64,000 nucleotides of DNA from Dicyema japonicum (lineage: Eukaryota > Animalia > Dicyemida), in contig RDEW01000032.1 in NCBI GenBank assembly GCA_011109175.1, forward strand, positions 589,334 through 653,333. Reading direction: 5' to 3'. The notes below the pieces were generated by a model. The model made no database searches. It was not told the origin of the DNA and saw only the letters and a list, made by a program, of their open reading frames with translations. A program made the translations under genes and the position numbers. This document shows, piece by piece, positions 13,386-26,329 of this stretch (within the stretch, counting starts at the first letter, position 1; every line of letters starts with the position of its first letter).

Positions 13386-14509
13386 GTCTATCTTATTTTG
13401 ATCGTTACATGTCTGAAGTTGAATTTTCATTATAACATTGCTAGGAGACTTTAGTGGTTGACTTTGATCTCGTTTTGTGAATTCTGCACAAAGTACTCTC
13501 GAAAGTTGTTTATTTTACGTCAACTTTCAGGAAAAACACCTGCGCAACAAATAAAAAGTAGATATTTTTAAGGAGAGAATATTCTGCTTGGATTGACATG
13601 TCTTTTTTTCGTTCGAGGGATTCATCACAATATCTAGACACACGTGTTACTCAGGTGTGTGAGATATGTGATCTATAATCTCAATCAAGTTCATTATTTA
13701 ATGGACGAGTTCATTCTCTAGGATATGTGTACGATCCTTCTATTCGTGATGTTGTGATCGTGTTAAAGAACACGACATCTTTATGGGGGTTTACTTCTTT
13801 TGTAATTAATAGGATGACGATTGACTATCCCCCTTACTACTTAAATTATTTAAAAATAAGTTTTTTGTGCGCTGTCTTAGTGAATTCAGTGAAACACATG
13901 AATAGAGAAGCTGGCAGTCAGAAATGAAGATTACAATTTAAAAAATCCACAGTAACATTATTCACGTAATCCTTACATGCTAATTCAGAGAGATGCTCAC
14001 AGTATTACCATTTAGTTTCGGGAGATAATTATACTCAGAGACAATCTCCCTTAAACGTGGTCAAAATTCACTTTTACGGGCAAATTTTGATTTTTGGCGA
14101 ATAAAGTACTAAGATTGAAGTCGGCAGTAAAATATTTTGTACTTTCAACAATCTGAAATTATTAGTTAAAATCACTAATAATTAATAGCACGATTATTTT
14201 TACTGTGCCATTTAAGAACTGAGCATTCTTAAAATTTTTTATGTGCGTGCTCTAGATAAAGGTCAAAGCGGAACAAAATTAGACAATTTCGTGTTCCTCT
14301 AGTTCTTCAAATCGTAACGTTTCTATGTAAAGTGAAGAATCTGAGTATAGGTGAATTAAGGCAATAAAGATATCTGTACAAGGCCCCGTGCTTTAATTCA
14401 ACTAACAGCTCAGTTAAATATAATTGACAGAGTTAATGCTAGTAAGTGAAAGTCTCTGATACTCCTTTCAGTCTAAGTCCATATACATAGGAATGTCTAA
14501 GGACAATTT

Positions 14510-15620
14510 AGAGAACCAAAGAGGAATGTAAATTTTTTTGTTAATTTAGTTAAGTTGAATTTTTTTAGCCACTTTCTGATTATCGAGACTTCTAATTTTG
14601 TTTGTCTTAATTAAATTTGGTGGATCATATTTAGAATTGGTCCTCAAATCAAAATGATGAGCTCAATTGTTAATAAAGATCGACACTGCGCTCTCATTTA
14701 CGTCCTCGATGACTCCACCCGACATCCACGGGTCGAACTGTTTATTACTGAATATAATATTTCTGAAGGAAGACATGTCCTCAACGTTGAACTCCCTTGA
14801 ATCCAAAAAGATCGTAATTACTCCGTACTCATTATTACTATACCGTCTATTAGCAATCCTATTAGACGACCTTTGGCAGGAAATGAGAAAGTGGAACTAT
14901 CAATCCTCAGCAGTTGGATAGTTCATCATTGTTACATCAAACGAAAAATTACCGAAGATATCAATAAAAGTATTCACATTCACCTCATGGTCTCATATTT
15001 CTCTACAACTGTCTCAACGCATCTTCATTACACGGAAATTATACCGAGATTTGAGTTTCTTAGAATATTCCCCATCTTCTGTATGTTAGTTGTGAATTGT
15101 TTATAATATTCCCTGAACCTCTTAGTGATTATTTTATTGGGTCCTGGACAACCACTCGGATTTTCAAACTGATAGATGAGAGCTGAAGAGCGATGCCCTT
15201 AAATAGAAGAGTACGTATTTTGTCGCAACCATGCAGCCATCATTCCTCCATCTGATTCCCCAATAGCAATGACCTAACGACCAGGAAATAGTCAATGTAA
15301 TCAGCCATTTCGTGTTTGACCGTCAAATAGTTGAGGGTATTATTGTTCTAACACCTGACACGCATTTTTGTGAAGCAAGGATTCTCCGTAATATCTATGT
15401 TCTTCGAATATAACTGTAACACTGAATTGGGGGCAAATTAACAACTAAACCCCTGAAATAAGTTATTGTCTTACTGTATTTTTTCGCAAAATCCGTTATA
15501 GGTTCTTCATTTCCTGCGTAGAAGAAAATAGGACTACCGATTTTGTATATTTGTCCGAATAAAAATATGTTAGCCAAAATTTGTCGTATTTTTTAAGCCA
15601 AAGTGGCCTACCTAATAAAA
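14510..15620 (-). pseudogene. PRCP: lysosomal Pro-X carboxypeptidase (peptidase S28) pseudogene
   Basis: VGHF, PIFFYAGNE, EHRYYGES, LNYLT, VIAIGESDGGMMAAWLR, MMNYP, NIIFSN..DPWMSGGV, *AHHFDLR in S28 order; stops and frameshifts. Confidence 0.88.
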
Positions 15621-17124
15621 TATTAAAATTTTCTAATAATGCCAATGGCCGCGTGGTACTATATGATGCCATGAGGGTACTAGATTGAAGATTTCTCTTC
15701 CTTCAATCTGTTAGCGTCGTTGGATCCATCTTAATCAAGAGGCGCTTAATACCTTTCGGCATTCAAAATGATCCATCTATTCATCCTCCCGCGAGACAAC
15801 GACGAGTTCTGGAATCGATCTCAGTTCCCCGGACAACGCTCTCTGTATCACTGTACTTAGCTGTAGGTTCTGCGAGAACATGTCAGCATCAAGGAATTAG
15901 ATAGTTTGATTTTAGCCTTAAGAGGATTTCTTCCCGACCACCCTCCGATGGTCCTCGATCAGGAATTTCAAATGGTCGGAAAATGCCTTAGAGAAGGAAA
16001 AAATCTGGATGGTCTACGGGAGTTTGCTTATTACAACAATAATGGAAAAAGATGACATGGTGTTAGTTTCTCTGGTTGCAAGTGCATTGTCATTACCATG
16101 ACAATTCGAACAAATAGCTGATTCACTAATGGAATCGCCCTTGCTTGACTTTAAACACATCAGTTCGGCTAGGTTTTCAAGCTTTCGAACATTTATGCGA
16201 AGCCCTATTGTTAACGGGCACATTTTTAAAAATAGCCGGGAATAGCCAGAAATTAAAATTCAATTTTTGAACCGTCAAAAGGGGGACCAAACCGCTCTAA
16301 GAAAGACTAGAATTCATAGAACTCTCAGAAAAAGATCTTTGAATCAGTCTTTTTAGGCTGTTATTTCCCTTGTTATTATCGAAAATTAGAAAACTTCATA
16401 ATAAAACTAAGGTTAGCTTGCCTACAACAGAATAAAGTCATATAATATCTTAGTTGACAGTTCAAATATCAACAAAATAACAATTTAAATAATTCAGCTA
16501 AACTATAATTAAAGGTCATGAGTGCGTGGCTATTCCCTCTCGGGATGACGAGCGAGATTCGCTCAAATAGCAATCAGCGCTAACGGGGATCTCCAGTTCG
16601 TATAGAAATCCGATTCTTAGACGATTCAGGAATTCCAGCGTCGCAGGCGCAAAGGAACCGGACATTTAACTGCGAGCTGAACAAACAGAAATCCTCAGGT
16701 AGGAACGTGTTCTTTGATAGTTTTGACTTTGTGAGTTAATAAATAAAATTACTTTTTGATTTTTTAAGAAATCAGACTCGTAAAAAAGTATGAACCCGAA
16801 ACCTTCTCGTATTCAGATTTCCTCACTCAGAGGTCCCCAGAAGTTAAAAGATCCTCAGGATGGGGTTATATATCCGTCATAAGAAATGTAAACGTATTTT
16901 TTAAGACCGCAAATCAATATATTACAAAATTAAACCGTCTTCTCAATCGGATTGTCAACCACCCCCTTTCCAAATTTTGACTAAATTACAGTAATCACTT
17001 TGCTAACTCAAACTTATGGCAGGTGGAAATGTGTGGACTATTTTGATCCTCCAGAATATAACAAGCCTTCAAAAAAGTAAAATTTGTCAGTAATATAAGT
17101 ATACCAAATTGAAATAGTTAGAAT

Positions 17125-17420
17125 GAAAAAATTCAGGTGATCCTTGCCTCTTGGACTTGAAGGAAGTTGCGTCCAAAAGGAACGTTGTTTACTAATGGTC
17201 TTTTCTGGATATAATTTAGGATTATTCTGCGCCACTATAGATTGTGAACCACATGTGACCCTCCTGCTTGAATCGACCAGTCAGATTCTTTTTCTTATAG
17301 GGCCATTTAGATAAACCTGGCTCTTCAACCTCTCCTCTCTACCAACCTACGTATATAAACTGGATGATGTGAAAGATGTCATCTGTACATTTTGCAACCT
17401 CTCTGAGTTGACAGTAAATC
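17125..17420 (-). mobile_element. I-group LINE 3' fragment
   Basis: Ends LQVQEARIT*, as in other copies of the family. Confidence 0.5.
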
Positions 17421-17701
17421 AGCTTTTATAATGTTAAGGGCTTAGCCATATTTGTAATCTCATGACCTCCGAAAATTTCACTTCCAACCTATTTTGGAGT
17501 TATATAATTTACGACTTCATTTCCAGCCATGTGGGCCTTTGAAAATACCCTATTCAGGCACATTAGTTAAACATTGCCTTAAATTACCTTAAAATCAGTG
17601 TTTAATGACTTTCATAAACTTTGAAGGATGTCAAAACATATTTTCTCCAGATATAGGTTGAATAGCCTCTCATTAAGAGCTTTGAATTCAATTATTTAAA
17701 A

Positions 17702-17900
17702 CAGTGCTTCCCAACCGGTGAGCCACTAGCTGGGACTGGTCCTTAGACCAATTGGTACCCGGCAACAAAAAACACAGTTCAGAATTATAGTTTGCATAAA
17801 TTTCGCAATTTTTAAAATAAAGCAACTGGATGATTTTCTACATCCATTTTCATCAAGACATGTTCTCTCATGTTTCATTCTATAGACACTCCAACAGTAT
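17702..17900 (+). mobile_element. solitary hAT-like terminal sequence
   Basis: CAGTGCTTCCCAACCGGTG resembles Buster/Charlie TIRs; no partner end found. Confidence 0.35.
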
Positions 17901-18084
17901 ATGTTAGTTTAATTTTTTTCCATTTGGTAGTCCAAAATAAAAATTAATTATTTCAAACTAGCAACTAATATTTGATTTTTTTGTTATTTTATAGATTCTG
18001 ATAAAATTCATAAATTTTAAATTCTCAAATATCGAAATTCAACATTTCACCGATTTTAAAACTGCACTTTACGAAGAGCCATAT

Positions 18085-18492
18085 TGAATGTTATCATCCA
18101 TTCCTTCCATCCCCAATGACAGAAGTCGTCTGAAACAGATACATGATTTTGTTTCTACGAGAAGCATCCGAAGACTCGGAGACAATAAAATATTACAGCG
18201 ACCCCCTTCTCTAATAGACCAATCAGAATCCTCTTTTTCAAGGGACGTGCGAGTAAACCTGGCTCGTCTACGATGTGGGCACCACCCATATCTACCAATA
18301 TACTCTGCCCCTTTTGCAACCTCCATGTGCTGACAACAAATCATCTATTTCAATGTCATGAATTGGCACAACATTTCTCCACAATGCCGGAACTGACCTA
18401 TCTATGGGAGCGACCAACATCTGCTGCGCACTACTTAATAGCTGCTGGCTTCCTACAAGTTAGTGAGGCTGGGGTTACTTAACTAACTAACT
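18085..18492 (+). mobile_element. 5'-truncated I-group LINE with TSD
   Basis: 11-bp TSD AAGAGCCATAT (18074-18084, 18493-18503); LARLRCGH, CPFC..NHLFQC knuckle; (TAAC)n tail. Confidence 0.88.
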
Positions 18493-18619
18493 AAGAGCCA
18501 TATCAGACACACTTTATTTACAAGTAAAGAACAGTTATCATAACTAATCGCCGAACAACCCGAAAAGGCGCTGTTGATTTTATTATAATTATTTTAACAT
18601 GTGCTTTTTGTGCTATTGA

Positions 18620-18954
18620 TATGGTCAAATTGAGGTAGTTTATATTGCTTAAAGATTATATCTAAATAGAAAGAAAATGTTCATCTTTTAAAGTAGCAAA
18701 AATTAGTTTTTAATTATATTTGATGATGAACTAAATAGGCTCGTCAGCACAAAAAAAGTAACAAGGGATTGCAAGAAAAAACAAATTAAAAAGTCACATC
18801 AAAAGGATCCAGTTCCTGCACGATTTCCCGCCAAAATAAATTTTGGAAGAAGCACGTGTAGAAAAAAGACTCGCTCTTGTGAAAGCTCAGAAAAACGAGG
18901 AAAAAAAAGAGAAGAAAATAAAATCGATCTGCCAAGATTCTTTCTGTGATTAAA
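18620..18954 (+). pseudogene. GNL3/Grn1-like N-terminal basic domain fragment
   Basis: KDPVPARFPAK followed, in a shifted frame, by ILEEARVEKRLALVKAQK resembles the Grn1 motif KDPGIPNxFPxKxxILxE. No GTPase domain follows. Confidence 0.45.
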
Positions 18955-19094
18955 TCAATTTTTTAAATAAATTCTTTAATTGTAATTATTTGATAAAAAA
19001 TATTATTATTAAAAAATATTATTTTTCTCATTCTAAATAAATAATTTATCATCAATAATATTTTTTCGTGCGTTTTTTGATATTTATTTGATAG

Positions 19095-20066
19095 ATGACA
19101 TCCGTTGAGTTTTCATGGCTTCGAATAATGCTTTATATTTTGAGCTTCGCTAGCTTTATTGCAAATATTGTTATTAGTTTCATTGATAGAATTGGTAGAT
19201 ACTTTATTATTAAAAGAAATAGATCGCAATGGATACAGAACTATGGGAAACATATCCGATCAATATAATTTATACATAACTCCACCTTCGTTCGTCTTTT
19301 CGACTGTTTGGATCACCATTTACATTTTTCAGGTTTTATTTGTGAATTGTATTTTATAGATAATCTGGATTGTTTTTATTTTTGTTTCTTTAGCTTGCAG
19401 AAATAATAATTTCTTTTCATTGATTTTAAATATCAATTCAAACCTTGCTCTGCTTTTTTACTGCATACATAGCATCTCATCTTGGGGTTATTTTGTTTTA
19501 TTTAATTTTAGTATTTGTTCTAACATTCACAAAATTGGACTTTTATGGCTCATTTGCTGCAGTTGCAATATCGACTATTTCCTCTTACTTTTTGATCGCG
19601 ACTATATTATACCAAGCAGGGTGTATTAATCACGATATGAACAAATGGCAGAAATTAATAATATATCTTGTCATTAATGGATTAGCAATCGTTTCTGTTT
19701 GGTTGACCCTGGCATTTAACTTGTCATTGGGTATAATGATGGTCCACATTCATAATGTCATTACCAATTTGGAGTTTTCTATATTAGGCCTCACCATTTG
19801 TGTTGGAGTTATTGTACTTTTTTATTTCATCGACATATTGGCTCTAAAAACATATACAAAGTTCTTGTATTCGCCCATTGTGATAATTATGTTTGCAATG
19901 TTGTCAATTACATACAAGAACAAATATACTAATCCTCTGCTTGCATGCAAATGATTTTATTGGTCGCTATGCAGTTGGACTGATTGTTTTAGCTTCAGTG
20001 GGATTCCTGGCAAAGATTCATACTTTGATTTATTATTGCAAAAATCGGAAGGTCACCAGTAATTAG
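19095..20066 (+). CDS. TspO/MBR-related multipass membrane protein; introns 19195-19216 and 19333-19359; two apparent frameshifts
   Basis: GNISDQYNLYITPPSFVFSTVWITIYIFQ motif plus several hydrophobic helices; frame changes at ~19455 (T run) and ~19950. Confidence 0.6.
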
Positions 20067-20191
20067 TGGGATTTATTTCTTTGTTTCCTAATAATACTAG
20101 ACTTAATTTTCATGTTTAGACATGTATGTGATATTAATATACTATAATCAATAATCATTCATAATAGCATCTTTATCGGTCGATAAATATT

Positions 20192-20497
20192 TGGCGTAGT
20201 GGTTAGGTGTCGGGTTAAAGTGACTTATGTTACCGGTTCGATTTTCGCTGCTGTTCACCTGGTGGAAGGTTCCACGCATCTACGATGCTAAAAAGGTTTG
20301 ACGAGTGACGCCGTCATCAGTGGATACTCACTGCGGAACTGGATTGTCTAGAAAGGACCCACACACAAGAAAAAGAAAAAAAGAAGTGAAGATCTTGGTT
20401 CTACGATTAGTTAAAATTAACTGTTCTTTACTTAAATAAAGTGTGTGTCCTGCCCATGCGGAGCTATAGATATTATGGCTCTCGTGAAAAGGCTATT
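20192..20497 (+). mobile_element. tRNA-derived SINE, copy 1
   Basis: A box TGGCGTAGTGG, B box GGTTCGATT; aligns along its length with 29150-29475. Confidence 0.88.
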
Positions 20498-20769
20498 AAA
20501 AAAATTATAAATACTTAATGAGTTAATCAATTTTTATTTTTTACAAAGAAACGAATGTTTCAAATGTACTTAAAGTTTTTGATTGTAAATATTGATTTTT
20601 GTTCAATTTTAATAAAATGTTTGCTTTCATGACTCGACCAAAAAGTACAAAAGGTATTCATTGACGATTATTTTGTTGCCAATCTTGTATTTAAAATTCA
20701 ATTTTTATTTAAGAACCTAAGAAATATTTTTATTCGAATTGAATATGAAACAAATAATTGACAGATTGG

Positions 20770-21440
20770 ATCGGATATCTCTAATGTATATAACATTATG
20801 GCGGTAGTAATTTGAAAACATATCCATACTTTGCACACACTCTGAATTTAATTGTTGTGAAAGCATTAAACAAAATGAACAAATATTGGAAATAAAAATA
20901 CTTTCTTCGAAAGCGGGCTGCAGAGGTGATAGCTCTTATAGTTCAGATGGGTGTAAATATTTTTAATGAGACGAAATTAACAAGCCTGGAAGTTTCAATA
21001 TTACTGGATACAGTACAATTGATATGCCTTGATATTCCGGTGGCAACGCTGGGACAAGGACTTTAATATTCTACAAAAAGACGATGGAATTTCAAATTCC
21101 AAAAATTGAAAAGAACGAATGCGAATTAGCATTCATTGATTTAAACACTGCTATTGGATGGATAGCACATTTGAAAGATTTAATGGAAGAAAACGAAAAT
21201 CCAATTCTTGTAGGGATTGCAATGCTAATCACAACGATGGAAAATGCTTACTTGAAATTAAGGAATTTCAAATGTTATAGGGATCTGTTCGATCCATTGA
21301 AAAATTGATGCATCGTTTTATAAATAGTGGTGCAAGGGGTCTTGTGTCCCATTATAGTCGACCCCAACAGCCCACAAACTGACTTTACTTTCGGATCCTC
21401 TTTTTTTTGGCGGCCTTTTTACGACTTTCAATATAAAAAG
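20770..21440 (+). mobile_element. degenerate Ac/ZBED1-type hAT transposase relic
   Basis: PYFAHTLNLIV (CxxH motif region) and PVAT-RW (DVxTRWNS-like), across frameshifts. Confidence 0.5.
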
Positions 21441-21929
21441 TAAATTCTAGAGCAAACTTATTTTTTATATATTTGCCAATAATGTCACTGTCTTGCATTT
21501 TTTAGGCTTTTCTATAACTTTTCTAGCGGATGGCTCGAGGACTCTTCCCCCTTTTTTAGAATCTACAAAAAAATTACAAAAATAATATTTACTTCTTTTT
21601 TAGCTGCCAAAAAAAGGTCTACAAAAACTGAACACATATCAATCCGAACAGTTTCCTTAATATATTAAAAAGAAACTAAACCAAAAGAGACGCATTCTTA
21701 TCGACTTTAACTCGTTCTAAACTATCGAGTACATTAGCTCCTCCAACGAGTCTAAAAATATGTATATAATTAAGGTACCTCCCAAATACTGTATATTTTC
21801 CATTCAGATGTATCAAATTTTTAAAAGTAATAAAACTAAAAAAGTCATTAATCAAAAACTATAAGGGATAATAACAGACACACGATATGTCCTATAAGAT
21901 ACAATTGTGACTGATTACTGTCTCGTTCA

Positions 21930-22275
21930 GCATTGGCCATAGATAGCATCCCTCGGCAATCATGTTTAACCAAACTCCTAAATTCATGTATCAACACATA
22001 GCGACCTAAATCTAACCATTAGCAAAAAAGGAATGTTCTCATCCCGTCCGGGTGTTGGTGATACCAGTCGCTCTAAAATGCATTGATGGTCAGGAGAAGA
22101 AAGTGCGTTTTTCAACGTCAAGCTCATGAACACATGCATTGGGAAACGGCCCACGTCAATTTGCACGAAAGTGAATGGTAATCATATGGATCGATCAAAC
22201 TGCCACAACGACATTTTCGTTCCTCTCACTCTTAAAACCAATACGTAGCGAGTCAGCAATTCTTACTGCCTCAGT
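21930..22275 (-). mobile_element. CRE REL-domain fragment
   Basis: EAVRIA..LRIG..ERKCRCGSLIDPYDYHSLSCK..TLKNALSS parallels 5879-6418. Confidence 0.75.
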
Positions 22276-24429
22276 CTACAGTGTCCAGAATATTAAAGGA
22301 AAAAATAAGACTAATAAAAAGTTGAAATTATAAAATCCGAAGAAATAAAGAAGCTTAACCCTCATAAAAAATCATAACCTCGAAAGATTGCATAAAAAGA
22401 TCAGGTCTGTCAAAGACTGGTTTCTACAAGAATGGCGAATTTGAATTTTAAAACTTTTTGTCTAAAATTAACTAAATTTTGTTATATATTCAAAGCCACT
22501 TAGATAATTTGATTGAGGCTGTGACGTTATTTTTGCACATAAATGTTCAAAATAATATTGCTCGCCAGGGCGGCATCAAACATCATAGCTTCACAAATTT
22601 TAACAGGTTCCCACAGCTGTGGCTCTGGAGACTTGACATTTTTCATACCCTAAGCTCTCGGAAATTTCGGATGGAAGTTTGGAGGAAGTAGATTTCCCAC
22701 CTGTAAGAACTAACTGATATCGACATGGTTCAATTCTGGTGGTGTATGTTCTCATGAATCCGCTTCATATATTTCGGGAATCTCTAAAAAGTTGTGGATT
22801 CAATAATATCATCACTAATTTACTCAATCTGCCAAACTAGTCATAATCAACTTTTTTTACTACGACCTCTCAAAGTTACAGTTAATTCTCTATTTACCCC
22901 CGGTCCATTAAAGCGAAGGAATTTCGTGGCTAACTGGAGTTATTTCCTATAAACATGGCTCGCTTAAGTAAACCCGGAGTTTATTTTAAGATCACTTAAT
23001 ATCATCATAGTAAAGATCATGGATTCAATTCCATGGTAATTGTCCTTAAGAGTACATAATTTAGTAAACTACCATTATAGGGACATATTGAATCACATAA
23101 ACTATTCTTGATGCTTCAAACAGATGATTCTTGAACCTGAATACTTCAACCATCAGACACTTCCATGCTGAACTCAGGTTTCCAATGTTTTTGAATCCGT
23201 CACCTTGTCGATTTAACTTGAAGAATGGAGTCTTCATCCATCATGAAGGGAAGTAGATATTTCATTCATGGAGATACGTAACCATCCCAAACCAATCATC
23301 TAATATCCATTACTTCAGAGAGAATTAGAACGTGGGTTAATAAAACGAGATGATTTTCTAATTATCAGCATTTATTGTTACATTGAAAAACACGATAGAT
23401 TTTAGTTTGCCGTTGATTATACGGTTTTCTATTCGCTTTAATAATTCAGCCGATAATTTTGTAAGTAATGATCAACTACACGACTGCAAAGTCGAAAAAA
23501 ATTAAGGATAAGCAAGTAAAAGAGAAGGACTTAACAAATTCTCCTAAAAAGAAAAAGAGCCAAGGAACTACAAAACAAAATTGTGTGATTATATACTGCG
23601 GCACAATCATTGTCGAATGGAGATAAATGCAAATTCATCCTCACAGAAGAACTTCCCAATCAAAAAAAGTAACTTTACTTACTTTTTTCGTTAATTTTTA
23701 GTGTTTTTTTGTTTAATTGATTTATATTATGTAATTAGGTTTTAACGATTTTTCGATTTTTGAAAAGTTTTACTTGATTAATAAAAAGTCTCAGCAATCA
23801 TTCATATTGACATTTCAAAAAGACAAGTTACGTTTTCATGTTTTGAAACTAATTTTCACAATTTGGAAAGTATGAAATCGAATCGAAAAAATTATTATAA
23901 AAATTAATACATAAATGTTGTCTAATTTCAAAAAATGTTTAAATGTTATTTTGTGTCATTTTTTATTTGTTTATTTTTGACGAAATCGACGTATTTGATT
24001 ACCAAATTTTATTTAAATGTAAAATATGATGAGATTCTTATTTGCGGATCTTTTTGTTCTTACTTTGCTTATATATTAATTATTACTTGAATATTACGTA
24101 GTTTATTACATAATTCAATTTCATAAATTTACAAACAATATACATAAGGCCAGTTGACCAAATGGTTATCAATAGAAAGGTTTACAAAATTTCTACTTAT
24201 CATTAGGGTTAATAAAAGCCCTTGTATCGCTGCTTCTCGTATGAATGGGAGAGATGATGGACTTATGAGGCATACGAAAGCAAAGTACTGGACAATGGAA
24301 GTCTAGGATGTAAGAATAATCAGAGTTCAGTCAATTCCAAATTGAAAGAACTTAGAGGATTTTGGCAGATGTTGCATGTAAGGATGATAATTAATATTAT
24401 TATATAAATGTTGCTAATAATATAGAAGG

Positions 24430-25411
24430 TGAACCGTTCACTCTACTCCATCGGAAAACAATTTCTTCCTCCAAGGCAAGAGACACATCGAGAAGCTATG
24501 ATGTCCCAAAACACACTAGCTTCTAAGATAGAAACAAATCAGGCACCAGCTGCCAGGAAACAGTGGCAATTCTAAGATGTTCGCGGAACCAATGCCGCCT
24601 ATAGGATCCTCCAGTCTGGACGAGATTGCACTTCCTATCTCCTGGAGAACATCTCCTGGTGACAGGCCCTGTCACACAAGAAATCTCAAAAAGATTGAGA
24701 CGAAACATGCAAGTGATCAAAATTCCACGGATTTTTTAACTTCCCAACAAACCAGTGGACCTAAAGATTTCACTACTATACAAAATTCCTAACAATATGA
24801 AAAAAATTTCCGAAGATACATTGTTTAAAAGAGGAGTGCCGCAGGGGTCTATTCTAAGCCCTCTATTATTCAACATATTTATGAAAGACTTTCCTTCTCC
24901 ACAAGACGTTAGGACCAAGCTGATGATATATGCGGATGACATCTTAATCCTAGACTCATCTCTGAAGGCCTACATCTCTGAGCGACCAATCGGAGCTTTT
25001 GTCGACAGAGTCCAGGTTTGGTGCGATAGGAGAGGGATGAAACTATCCACAGAAAAATCCAGTTGCTTGCGAATATGCAGGCTGGGTCGGCACCAGAGAG
25101 AGTCCAATACGCTACGGATACCTAGAGTCTCTAGCCTGAAATACCTGGGGATTGCAGTGGATGGAAGAGGATCGTATCGGAAGGACATCGAGGAGCGGAG
25201 GAAGAAGGCCGTTCAAGCGATGTTTTGCTCCAGAAAACTAATGTTGGATGTCGATACAATGCTCTATATCTTCCGAATTGTGATTCTCCCAAGACTGATT
25301 TACGGGATGCGAGGATGGTTTTATACTCCCTCGAAAGAAAGGAATTCTCGCTCGCCTGGAAAAAACAAGGCGAGCGGCGATAAAAATATCTCTGGAGAGG
25401 AAATTACATGA
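24430..25411 (+). mobile_element. APE-type LINE RT fragment (Jockey/I group)
   Basis: RGVPQGSILSPLLFNIF, IYADD, LKYLGIAVD, VILPRLIYG. Confidence 0.88.
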
Positions 25412-25414
25412 AGC

Positions 25415-25990
25415 CTATCTGAGGAAGAGAATAGCCTTTGTCAGGCCCGGTAAAAATAGATATCCAAGTAAGGTTGGTAAGGAGCTGTCTAATTGGCGTA
25501 TTTCCTTGTAAATCATCAGGGAAATGCACTGTCCGGTTTCATCAATTTCTGTGGCTCCGAATCCATCGCTTCTACCAATCAGCATAAGAAGCCGCCAAAC
25601 ACGTAAATTGGGAAAAAACCCCACGCCTCACCAAATTCTCATGAAAGAGGAACGCTGTGGATTCAGAATAGCTGTGAATACTATGGAGGAACGAAACAAC
25701 AACCTCTAGATAATGTTGAGGTCTACAGGGATCGCATATTAGGTTATCGCTTATTGACGATCTCAATAGTATTCTGAGAAATCGGTTTTGTAAATCTTCC
25801 AGCTTGCTCTATGCCATAGTGATAGCGAAGCAATCCATGCGGAACAGACTTACTCGATAAATGGTATAACAAATTGTTTGCATAGAAGCTCTAACAATGT
25901 GCGGGAAGATATTTGGGAGTGCGTAAAAGCCTTGAGAATTCCAATTTTCTTTTGGATCCTCTTAGTTACCAGGTACACTCGATGAGAGAA
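25415..25990 (-). mobile_element. I-group LINE thumb/3' fragment
   Basis: KIGILKAF...LCKQFVIPFIE*VCSAW parallels 9189-9419. Confidence 0.6.
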
Positions 25991-26194
25991 TGTGAGGAGA
26001 GGATCTAGGATGACTCAAAGACTGAAAAGGGTCTTCTTAATGGGGATCGGTTAATCATACAATTTTTTGGCGTTGTCCGAATTTCTTTCGTGATAAGGTA
26101 AACGCCAGTAAATATGAATTTCCTGGTGATATATTTAGACGGTTCTTCAAGAACATTAGATCCATCAGGTTTAATAGATCTTGCACTTATTCTC

Positions 26195-26270
26195 TGAATC
26201 ACTTTTAATCCTCTGAATCACTTTCATTCTCTGAATCACTTTCATTCTCTGAATCACTTTTAATCTTCCT
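26195..26270. repeat. about 4 copies of an 18-19-bp tandem unit TCTGAATCACTTT(C/T)A
   Basis: Direct repeats visible in the sequence. Confidence 0.85.
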
Positions 26271-26329
26271 CGACTGTTCGATGTTTCACTGAAATCACGC
26301 TATCATCCAAATAAAAGGAATTGAGTTAT

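Noticed and set aside
10290-15620. Alternative genetic code or stop read-through to explain in-frame stops
   Set aside because: The stops align to different residues (Tyr, Thr, Lys/Gln, Gly), coexist with frameshifts, and intact genes terminate at TAA/TGA.
22400-23400. Gene-like minus-strand sequence with candidate micro-introns, and a pogo-like terminus at ~22877
   Set aside because: Could not assemble an open frame or recognise a family.
26195-26270. Third C-type lectin paralogue (the repeat unit resembles the KSNSENE exon segment at ~28460)
   Set aside because: Flanks show no lectin homology; the similarity is short and low-complexity.
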